A stretch of DNA of 63,972 bases from Phoronis australis (taxonomy: Eukaryota > Animalia > Phoronida), in NCBI GenBank assembly GCA_002633005.1, contig NMRA01000119.1:186001-249972 (forward strand), given 5' to 3'. The notes below the pieces were generated by a model. That model saw nothing but the letters and a program-made list of their open reading frames with translations. It made no database searches and had not been told where the DNA came from. The position numbers and the translations under genes were made by a program. Of the stretch, positions 48,724 to 60,300 are shown piece after piece (the first letter of the stretch is position 1; the number at the start of each line of letters is the position of its first letter).

Positions 48724-51700
48724 GACTGACACTGCATGACCCTGAAACACACACAGACCAATCAGTTAAGAAGCATTTAATGATGTGATGTCATGAAAGA
48801 GAACGTCAATCACAGAACATAACTATGAAAACTTTCAAAATCCACACTGACATGGTGCTCTTAACCGTTTCGTGTGCAGCATTCGTTCATCAAAATGTTT
48901 TTCCCTGCAACTGTTTCAGTATACTATGGCGTAAAGAGTTGACTTCATAAACACCAGACAAAAATATTTTTAAATTCGTTGCAAAATGTTCATCAAACCT
49001 GTCAGTGTTTATGATTCATGTAAGTGTGTCTAACTAAACTGCAAATTAATAAGCATACATTTTGACTTTTATCCTTAATGAATGAGATGAGATGTTCACT
49101 ATTTGTATGAAAGACTGTTGAAAGCAGTCCAACAGTCACATCTCAACATTGTGTTGACACCTACACAGGCATACTCTACAGATCCTAAATGCAAACAACC
49201 GACCAAATCTTCAATAGGACGATTAGAGTGGTGAGACAACAGAGGTAACGTAACATGACCAAACATATGAATGAATAAAAATTTGAGACATGTCAATTCA
49301 AGTTTGACATTTTAATTACTGTAAAAATACTTCAGATTGAAGATATATTTCAAGGACAAGTAAAATTTCATCATGTTTAATTTTTGAACAAGAAATAAGA
49401 AGAACCTTTTAGGAAAATTTATTTTGTACAGCATAGACATGAACTAATAACCTAAGCACTTGCAGCCACGTAGCAACTTTCTAGAAGAGAGAAAATGTTA
49501 ATTTCATGAACTTTCGCTGTCACAAATTGAAGAATTTGTACTGAAATTATGTCAGGCAGAAAATTTGCAAATCAAATCTAGAAAAATGACGTTTGAAAAC
49601 ATACGAATTCCTAACCTCCACATCAAAACTGGCAAACTGGAGTCCCCTTGCCTTAACATTATTTGATAATCTCCTGATTACAAAATGACTGAATGAGTCA
49701 TGATACCAATAATCTACTTCAAACAAAAAACACAATACACATTGCATTGAACACAAGGGCACAGGTGTTTCCCCTATGCGTTCATTATGAACAGAGATGT
49801 GTAGAGCTAAATAAATTACAGAGGTTGTCAGGCATTAGTAATACTGCCAACAGAAGACTTTTTGTTTGTGTAAACAAATGCAAGATCTATACAATAAATT
49901 GGTAGCCATAATTGTTTTACTGTACTAGACTGGATAAACCTCTATGTTAGGCTTCATGGTAATGCCAAAAGTGACCAAATTTTCATTTTAAACGCACATG
50001 CTTGGTTAGTGCTTACCCCCAATTTACGGGATCAAGACAGCCTTACAAGTGCCCATGTCTCAATGTGAATGCGTGCCTCACGAGAATTTTAACTCCATTT
50101 CTGATCGTGAACACGCATCTCAGGAGAATATTAACTCCAAAAGAACTTGCTCACCTTAGGAAAACCTCAGGCAGCACCCTCAATGTTCAGGTAGAAAAAT
50201 GCCCACTTTTTACTGAAAGAGATGTAAAGTAGTTCTTTTGGCTCATGGGCATTGTAATGTTATCATACTTGTGTGCAAAAAGGGTGAAGGCATTTGCCTG
50301 AGTGAATCGACCATTGGGGTAAATGCCCATCCACTTTGTTTTCAAACACTCATGCTTAGTTTGAACGCCACCCCAATAATGAATTTCCCAATTTAAACGC
50401 TCCAGGTTTTAACCTGGATGAGTATGGTATTACATTACCATGATGTTGCTCCATGGGACATTGTATCATTTGTAAAACACCTGGCCACTTTGCTTTTTAT
50501 TCCTTACACAATTTTCTAAAGGCATAGCCGAAGTAATTCAGTTTCAACAGGAAATTCTATGACTTGACCACAATCCGACCAGCAAATAGACTGCCAGCAA
50601 AAGGCAGCAAGTACAAAGACTTGAATTAGGTAAGTAACTTTCTTAGTCACATCTATGACCCAATCTGATCCTGAGAAAGCCAGTGGAAAACTGTGTCAAC
50701 ATCTTATTCTCTCTACCAGCACACCATCAGCTGACCAGGTTACTAGGAATTTATTTCTTTTTCAACTCAAGAGGATGATGGTCCCAGACAAACCAGGACA
50801 CCTCCCTCTTCAATATGCAGAGAAAATGGTTTGCTACATTTACAGGGCAAGTATGTGTCATGGGAGGTTGCTGAGCGAATTTGTTATCACAATGGCCCTT
50901 GAATGGACTGAGTACTCAGCACCTAATGCATTGCTAGAAATCTCTGGTAAAAATATGGACTGGAGAAGCACATAATTGTAGGCAACAATGATTGTAATTT
51001 GGAGAATGGACATAATGACCTGTACTTTCATGTCATTAATTTAATTGGATATTAATAAAAAGTATTCCCAATGGCTAGCTGACTTCAGACACAGACACTG
51101 AGTTTTTAATTTCAAAGTTCTATTTGAAAACTGGCACTAATCTACGTTATTAAATGGGCATGGTTTATTGCCCCACGCTCTCAACTAGAGGCAAAGTTCT
51201 TCTTCCGAACATATCTCCCACACACAAGAGACAAAATTGTAGGAATTATTTACATATAGGTGAACATACTTATTAAAGATACCTTCGGTCAAATCATTGT
51301 CAATCTTACTCTGTCATGAAGGGACTGACCACATAAGGCATTTTTTTACATAAAATGTACGAGAGTCAAGGGATATAGTCTTAGAAATGAAGGAAATTCT
51401 AGATGAAAGAAAAAATTACGCCATTATGCAAAATTTAGATCAGGCTAAAGTACAAACCAGATAACCAGATTACTTATAAGACATAGGCTGACATTGTAGC
51501 AGCGCTTCAAATTTTCTGTCAAGAAACATATTTCTTCCACAGAACAACTGCAAGTCTCTGGATTTATGTCCATGTTCACACAAGTGCTCGCCCCAACTTT
51601 TGAAAACTTTTGATTGACTGTACACCACTTGGTTAAGCCTTCACTGTCTACTTACAAAAACTTATGGTCAAAAGGTCCACTGTTTGGGATACTACCCACT

Positions 51701-51865
51701 TGCTTTGGTCCACTGAATTATTTTCAAAACAGTAAATACAGACTTTCAAATATCAAAAGATCTATTTCAAGTCAAAGTTTTGGTTACAGTCGTATCCCAG
51801 GACACTGTATTCGGTTATCGCCATCATTCAAAACAGTATTGTTGAAATAAACATCGAAGAGACTC

Positions 51866-52517
51866 GTTGAACTCAATTAAACCTGGTCTGTTGGACAATA
51901 CTCTCAAAATTAAATGCCTAGAACCTCGGATACATGATGCCTCCTTCAAAGGGAAGATGGTACTAAAGATCGGTGGGAACTGTCATTTCTTGCTTTCTCG
52001 TGAGATCTTGTCTGGTTAAAAACCTCATGTAAACTGTCTTCCCAAGCAGACAACACTTTGTACCGAGCTCCACCTTGTTTGTTACGTGACGGATTGAGCG
52101 AAATGTAAGGGAGAGAACTGCAAGGCAATATACTAGTATGTCGGAGAAACAGAACAACCATTGAAAAAGGCATGCCCCAACACAGAAGGGCTGCTGGTAA
52201 GGGTGTCTTCTGCCATTTTTAACCACCTCCAGGACACAGCAGGTCACGAAGTTAAAAATGTCAATGGCTTTGTTCACGAAATCCCTCAATCCTTCACTTT
52301 ACAAACAAGGTGGAGCTCGGTTCAAAGTGTCGTCTGCTAGGGATGAGAGTTTAAATAAGGTTGTTAACTAGACAAGACCTCATGAGAAAGCAGGTGACGA
52401 TGATTACCGCCAATCTTCAGTACCATCTTCCCTTTGAAAGGGGTGTGATGCCTTTGAGGTTCTAGGAGTATAATTTTGTGAGCATTGTCCAACAGACCAG
52501 ATTTATTAGAGTACAAT
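51866..52517 (+). mobile_element. Decayed Penelope-like retroelement fragment (GIY-YIG endonuclease C-terminus) with an inverted upstream copy of its 3' end
   Basis: Frameshifted + strand remnants at about 52110-52370: CKAIY*YVGETEQPLKK / MPQHRR / SAIFNHLQDTAGH / ALFTKSLNPSLYKQGGARFKVS, resembling the PLE GIY-YIG pattern YIGET..L..R..QH..SA...H...PSLN..GG.R. Region 51866-52105 is the reverse complement of about 52278-52517. Confidence 0.72.
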
Positions 52518-53871
52518 GAGCTTTTCTGGATGAATCAACGAGCACATTTTATAACTAAAGAGACTGTAATTAACCAGACTCTCATTCTGCTTTAAAACAA
52601 ATTTATTTTTCAAAAGATCTCATATTTTCTTTCAGATTAGAGCCCAGCCAAGTTTACCCAGTTCCGAACTGACAAGCATGGCAGGGTCACGTGACATTTA
52701 GTGACTGACCTCTGCTATATATTACAAATGCATTTATACGCAATGCCAAGGAGCAAACTCTCTTCACTACATAATGACAACAGTATTCACAGAGTTCGAC
52801 CCTCTACATTTGAAATCCAGTGGCTCAGCTATGGTTCGCAGCTGCATCATTTGAACTTCCATCAAAGGAGGAAGTTTGGACATAAAATGCATTTAATTAT
52901 GCATCTTTTGATACTTTGATAGTACTAATGGGTCAGACCCGGAACTTTGAATGTTATTTTTGGCACCATATATTTTCTCCTTTTACAAGCTGCAAACCAA
53001 GAAACTTGAACACAAAAGTCAGTTGGAGAGCAGTTTAACTGACTTGAGTGTTCGCAACATGCTGGGGAATATACCTTGTGTATCAAATTCTTTGATTGTC
53101 TTGTCTCTGGACTTCAACTTCACAGATCATGTTGTTTGTATCTCACCAATAAGCATTCATGTCCAGTACATATCCCAGATTTAAAAGCACATGCCCCTTT
53201 CATAGCTTAGCCATGGCATTAAAACCAATTGCTTATGCAAGCAACTTCACTTGCCTCCAAAATAGCAAATAAAATATTAATACAATAACAAATTTTATTA
53301 CACTGTATACGTGGCAAAAGGAAATAAAGTTCTATCATGTGATGAGAAGTTTTGACACTGGTGTTAAGGCGTTGCTTAGATTTTGGATTTCGAGCAAATA
53401 AACTGCAAAGGCTGAGGTAAATAAGTTTATAACTCTGCATCTGGGAAAAGTGATAGATGAACATCAGTATAGATTATTGCGAATGCATTTTAATGTTACT
53501 AAGCAAAGTTTCTGTTAATATATTATAAACTAAAAAAGATAAATTGCTTGATCTACTTTAGTCTAAGCTAAATTTAAAAAAAATGCAAATCACGGAACAC
53601 CTTCATGAGACGATTCCCACTTTTTAGAAAAAAGCAATTACTGAAGGAGACTAAGATTTTCAAACCAACATAAGTATGACTAACAATCACACAGACACCA
53701 CCAGCGTCTGTTGGCGTCGATGTCGCCCAGCGTCAGTGATTTGTGTGAGTGTGAGTCAGACTCGGAGGAGGGTTGGTCTCTGCCGAAAATCTGAAAGCTT
53801 GATTTCCTAATTTAATTCTGCAGAAGAATAATCACAATGGGTCACGACTTGTCTTAGACTGTCTGCCTTAC

Positions 53872-53990
53872 CTCGTGTACCAGCAACCTGATAACCGAAA
53901 CGGCGGAAAGACGACCCCACTAAGCAGATAAGTGCGCTTTTTTGTCGATATACAGTACCGGTAATCAAAACAGGAAAGAACTTAGATTTT
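53872..53990 (-). other. Probable non-coding first exon of CDC42SE (5' boundary approximate)
   Basis: Strong minus-strand donor GAG|gtaagg at 53872 in a CpG-enriched patch next to the XRN2 start; the coding exon at 48741 has an acceptor and needs an upstream exon. Confidence 0.55.
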
Positions 53991-54277
53991 CAGGTCAAAC
54001 ATGGAGGAGTTCAAGGCGGGTTTCAAGAAACGTGGAATCACGGAAGGATAATAAAATAAAATGAATTTAATAAAAAATTACTTTGCGAGTATTGAATGGG
54101 TTATAATTGTTATTTATCCCAATTTTATTACAGAATTCAAGGGATAGGTAAACATTAATACTAAATATTTATAATTGTATTAAAGAATGCATTTGAAAAT
54201 TGTGTTTTTGTCAGCCCAGTAGAGAGCGCTTTATTTCCACCATCTTTTTGTGGCAAACATAAACTCAACAACGTGAC

Positions 54278-54352
54278 ATGGGAGTTCCAGCGTTTTTTCG
54301 CTGGCTAAGTCGTAAATATGCTTCAATCGTTGTGCATTGTGTTGAGGAAAAG
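54278..54352 (+). CDS. XRN2: XRN2 exon 1
   Basis: [25 protein letters not shown]|gtaaat. Confidence 0.95.
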
Positions 54353-57300
54353 GTAAATATTTCTTGCAACACCTTTATTTTACTTTCATTTTCTTGGATT
54401 TGTCTAATTTCTGGCTTTCTCGCAGGCCGCCGGCATTTTTTACACCACAATTGTCACTAGACGGACTCAGTGATCACCGTCTCTACCTGGCCCAGTAGAG
54501 ACGGTGGAGCTTCTATTCACCTATTTCACGAAAGCGCCATCTTCCCGCGCCATCTTTAAATACTGATCGAAAACGAGGCACACTGATAAAACCTCGTGAG
54601 TGATCATCAGCTGGCCATGGTGTACTGTGCGGTGCCTGAACGTACCAATTCCAGTAATATCTCGTCGGTATCCTTCCCAGGCCCAGGGATATACTTAGCC
54701 ACTCGCCCAGTCGCCAATGCGAGTAAAAATGGTGCTGAGCGAGTAGAAGTTGACTTGCCGGTCGCCCAGTGGCGAGCGAATTTCAGAGCGCAAAAGCACT
54801 ATAATATATCGTTTCCCAGATGAATATGAATAATTTTCCTCCTCCTTGTGCTGTTTTTATCATGAATTTAAGGTTCAGTTTGGTCATCGTGTCGATGCTT
54901 CGGCAGTAAAAAACATCGGCACAGTGCGACCCTATCGATTCAGTACATGTCACTCGTTACGCGATTCCGTCAAAAAAACAGTGTGTGGTCGTGCACAAAG
55001 AATTTGTGGACTAGTCCGAAACGAAGAAAAGGGGAGAAAGGTGGAAGACCGGTCCATGTGCTCATAGCAAATAAAATACCATATTTCTTGGAACTGATTT
55101 CTTATTGTAATGTACAATGTCATTTTAGCCAAAATTATTTTTATAACATTCGTCCTAACAAGCGCCCATGCCCCTATAAGCGTCCCCACTCGTTTTCAGA
55201 CTTCGCTAAAATAAGCGCCCAGTCCATGAATGTGTATATATCAGTGCGAACAATGTCTTACCTCACAGTTCTAAAATTCTACAGTAAATGTATTCAATTT
55301 ATCAATAATATCCGACAGTTCTGAAAAATCATTGTGCGCGTTATTTCTAGTAGACCACGAGCCTCGCCGCTATTTCGGTATTTAGCCATGGCTGTACACT
55401 TCAAACCATTCCGCAGTGCTTCAAAAAGAACGCAAAAGATTTGCTGATCTTGCGAGGAAAGTGTCACACTACATGGTTTGGCCCAGCTGATCAGAACAGA
55501 CGCAGCGTACTCAGGTCAACGGGATTGATATTGTATCTTTCCCGTACAGATCTTCTCCCACAACAGGAATCCAGATTGTTTTGTACACGAAAAATNTTGC
55601 GAATTATGCTTTTTGTTTGAAATTGTTTTTAAATACTCTGAGGATAGTGGTTAAATTTTATTATTAGAGAACACATCTTCTATAGGTGTTTAAGTGACTG
55701 CAGGCCTAGGTTGGGGAAATCGAATTGGGCTACCTGTCCACTAATTTTTACCTTCATATTGGTTTGTGTTATATCACGTGACTTCTTGTTCTATCATACA
55801 CCGAGTAAAGGTCTTTCAAAAATCACTTAGTAGCAGGCCATTCCTCATTGGCTGATTGGTTAGGAAGCCTGACTGGTATGCTGGCAGACGGGTTTCGAGT
55901 CACGGCATTGGAGAAAAAGTGTATTTTCAACAGCAGTTTCATGTGAGTGCTATTTTTATTGTCATTTACTTTCATTATTAATAATTTCTTTATAGCCGAA
56001 AGAAGTTGATGGAAGGAAGGTGCCGGTTGACTCCAGTCAACCGAACACCAACGACATTGAGTTTGATAACTTGTACCTGGATATGAATGGCATTATTCAC
56101 CCTTGCACACATCCAGAGGACAAGCCAGCGCCAAAGAACGAGGCAGAGATGATGGTGGCCATCTTTGAATACATCGACAGGATATTCAGCATTGTCCGTC
56201 CCAGGAGACTGCTCTACATGGCTATAGATGGCGTGGTGAGTGGGAAGCTAGTTTGTGCGTTAATGTGGAATGGGAATTGTTGATCCAGAGGCTGGGTTGT
56301 TGTGACAAAGCTTAAGGTGGATAATTTGAACTTGAAGAGATGCCTAAGAAACGGAAGGATTCTTGGGTTATAATTCACTTTTGTTTGACTCTTTTAGAGG
56401 TATTTAGAGTCATGCATACATAGAGATTTTTCTGTAATAGTTATTGGGAAAAGTAATCGAAGTTAATGAATAATTCCCAAGTTTTAATATGGTAGTAGAT
56501 CAAATATTGTTTTGAGCTCTAGTCGCTTTCCATTTCAGGCACCCAGGGCAAAAATGAACCAACAGAGATCTAGGAGATTTAGAGCTTCAAAGGAAACTGG
56601 GTATGTCATTCTCTCGTGTTTCATTTCGTCTATCGTACCACAGATTTGATTCACGATTATTGTTACAGAAGTGCAAAGACATGCGCGTTTGGGAATTTTT
56701 TGTTCCCACATCAAAGTTCATGATTCGATTTGATGAATAATATAAAAGAATGTGTTTAATTTAAGTTTAGTCGCTTTATTCGCGTAACTCTAGTCCAGCT
56801 GCTTTAAGTTAGTCTTTGATTAAAATGTCTTTCTCCTAGCGAGAAGGCTGCCGATATTGCCAGGATACGAGCTGATCTAGAGGCCAAGGGTGCCTATGTT
56901 CCTCCACCCAAGGAAGACGTGGAACACTTTGACAGTAACTGCATCACCCCGGTGAGTCCCCTGCACTTTGACCTGGCATTGAATGTAAAGTCTCAATATT
57001 CTTCCCTACTTTTTGGTCATATCTAACGTTAATGCAACCATAGTTATTGTTGTAGTATTGGCGGTAGTACCGACGGCAGTAGTACTAGTCATAGTGGTAT
57101 GTTTTATTTTAAATGCTATTCAAAACACTGTAATCGAACCAGTTTATGACACAATGTTGTGGACAAGTGGAACTTCACTTTTTCATATTTTTTGCAGAAA
57201 ATAGATGTAGCGCAGAATACAGGCTTTGTCTGTCGTAACTTATATGACATAGCTACCATCGGACAATGTTTTGAGAAAATGGGGTCATTCACAATAATGT

Positions 57301-60300
57301 TTTGGGCCTTTGGAAAATGAAAATATGCCAATTTTGGAAGTTATTTTCGTCTGAAAGTGGTGAAATTTTACATTTTATGTAATGAACACATATTATTAAC
57401 TGCTTTAGGGAAGGCTGTGGGAAAGGCTTGACATAGTCTGTTGGGTACATGAACAGTGATTAAATAGGCCTCCTATTATAGTGCTCTGATGCATGTTCTG
57501 TTTCAAAGTGTTAATTCATTATTTGCCTCTGATGGCAGGGTACACCCTTCATGTTCCGGTTAGCCGACTGTCTTAGGTACTACATTCACGACAGACTGAA
57601 CCACGATCCCGGCTGGAAGAACATACAGGTCATACTATCCGATGCTAACGTGCCTGGTGAAGGGGAACACAAGATTATGGACTACATTCGCAGACAGAGA
57701 GGTAATGACCTACCAGAGTTGAAAATTGATGTCAACCCAAGACTAGCACATGAACTTTCGAAATGTGCATTCTGGTCTCCATTTTTAGCTGTTTGTTTCT
57801 CATGACAATACATACTGAAATCTATTTTTATGAACAGTTTCTCTTGTCACAAACAACTTTGGAGCATTCTGTCAAGGAAGAAAAGCTAGATTATACAGAA
57901 CCACCTTTGCGAGTTGAAGAAGTTTTTTGTCAGTAAGCTTGGTACTTTCCTCACGTACACTTGCTAAATGGCTGCCCTGAATTGATTAGTCCTCTAGGCT
58001 GGAGTGTAGAACAATGGACGTGAATTGTTAGTAAAAACCTCAACTTCGTTCCATAAGTAAAGATTTCTCGTCGATAGTCCTCCTACTATCTTGCCTCATT
58101 TATAGTGTAGATTTCTTCGAGTGGCATCATACCAAGAAAGCAATGGTGTGTGGTTAATGGGGAAAATGTTTTCTTAAGAAAAGAACTGCTGTGCATGAGA
58201 AAGAATAAGGATTGTATTCATAAGAATTATTGAGGAACCTGTAGTTCGTTCGGGAGAAGCGCTGGCTACCTTGATAAAATGTCCTTAAATGATTTGGTAG
58301 ATGATGTCAGCGTTTAATCTGGAGTTGTGCCCAGCTTTTGAAATTCCTATTTTGTGCACAGATTATCTAGTAACTCCTGCTGTTGGAAGTGATCATGACA
58401 TGTTATTATTTTTGCAGCCCAGCCTGACCATGATCCCAACACCCATCACTGTCTGTGTGGAGCGGACGCAGATTTGATTATGCTTGGTTTGTATCAGTCT
58501 TGCTATTAAGTGCTGACTAAAAGTGTGCAGATTTAGCATTTTTAATTTATTTTGTTTGAAGCCAATCTTCAACATGTTGTTAACATTGTTGAAAAATTTA
58601 TTTAATACATGCGCTTCGGCAAAAGACTGTTCGCTTATTATGGTAGTAAGGTTGTTTTTTTAAAAGGCAATTAGTAACATTGTGTAGATCTGGTTATGGT
58701 ATTGGCGAGTTTTAAATTTGTTGATTTGTCTTTTTTTATCTGACTCTCGATCACTAATTATCATGCTTTTGTTTTGGAATTAGACTGTGCTCTGATTTCT
58801 TTGCTGTCTGGAAACCTTGAACAGTAAATTGTAAATGATTCTAAACGTTGATATTAGTGGCACGATTCGTGCACTGAGGAAGTGTTTATCTGAGCGTGTC
58901 TTGGCAACCGTTTTCTTCTATCAATTCAGTATCCTCGAAAAATTCATGCTTTCAAGGCTTCAAATTATACACCTTTGTAATAGATCTGCTCTTCTATTTC
59001 ATAAGTCATGTTTACAGTAATTCAACAAATATGCTTGTAATGCAGGTCTGGCCACCCACGAAGTTAACTTCACCATCATCCGGGAGGAGTTCAAACCAAA
59101 CAAGCCAAAGCCTTGTGAGATCTGCGGACAGATGGGTCACGAGATGAAAGAGTGCACAGGGGCACCGCGGGAAAAGTCTGGAGAGGTAGATAAGGACGTC
59201 GGTAACCATGAAACCTTTATTTATGCTTAGGCCTGAGGTGCATTCAGCGAGGCTGATATCTTGCGAGTTTGGTGAGGTCACTTGTGTCTTCGCTGGATAA
59301 TGCAGTGAATTAGACGCAAAGCCTGTTTGATCTCACTACGGGTTGACTAGCGTTTCTGAACTCTCCCATTTTCCGCAAGGACACATTGTACAATCGTACC
59401 ACCTTTACTGCGTCTCAAGCTCTTGTGTCTGAGCACAGAGTCATGACAATTGGCTCAGAGCTCAGTTTTGAGGAAATTGAGACTTCAATTCACATGTTTT
59501 GAATACTAGCATTTTGCGTTGTTTCTCAAAAAATGAAGAGCTTGCTAAATAACAGTTGGTGTTAAATTCTTTTTAACACATTACCTGATGTTGAAACCCT
59601 AGAGTCATTAGAAAATGCACTAATGGCACTTGAATTTCTAAGCTCTTTTTCTAATTTGAAATGTATGTTTTCCCTTTGTCCAGTTTGATGAAGCTCCCCC
59701 TCCGGTGCCAGTGGATGGGCAAGAATTTATCTTCCTACGCCTGAATATTCTCCGAGAGTCCTTAGAGCGAGAACTCAAAATGGACAATCTGCCATTTCAA
59801 TATGACTTCGAGGTAATGCTTCATTTTTTGAATGAAAGTCAAAACTTTTCAGTGCTCTTCTTTTCATGTCCTTGTTACCAGTTGTCTTTCGGCATTCATG
59901 AATAATTTGATCAGAAAGCAACTGTAAACCCGCCTTCTGTCAGCGTTTAATTTCTGTTTTGCTGTTGCTCTAGACCAGAGTTCTGTTTCATGGTAGGTGA
60001 CTTCAGTCGGAAATTTGACCTTATGCTCCATACAACTATTTCTGAGAAATAATTAGATCTCACATGAGCAAAAGTGCAGAGTCTCTGAGAATGTACGCAT
60101 AACTGCCAGTTATTGAGAGATAATTTCTATAAGGAATTTCTAGATTGTGATGCTCTCCTAATTACCTAGCTAATTTTTTTTCAGCAATTGTGAAGTGGTA
60201 TCGTAATCACTTTCATGAAACAATCCCTAGACCCAACATGTTGTCTTGACCGTCCTGGTCATTTTGTGCACCAAGCCTAGTCTCTAGCAAAAGGGAACGG

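Larger units (their letters stand above)
53872..54560. promoter_or_regulatory. Putative bidirectional promoter region CDC42SE/XRN2 with YY1-like motifs
   Basis: Divergent genes about 400 bp apart; CGCCATCTT twice at about 54535-54557, CACCATCTT at about 54238, AACATGGAGG at about 53998. Confidence 0.5.

Noticed and set aside
51946-52289. ORFs of 75 and 108 aa in the inverted repeat
   Set aside because: Fragments or antisense of a decayed retroelement; not intact genes
55835-55915. tRNA-like A/B-box pattern (also at about 29760-29825 on the minus strand)
   Set aside because: No cloverleaf can be built; at most a decayed tRNA-derived SINE head
59758-59763. XRN2 LRESLERE where I recall LREYLERE in other species
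   Set aside because: Single-base difference (TCC versus TAC) that could be polymorphism or sequencing error; not evidence of pseudogenisation, as all exons are intact
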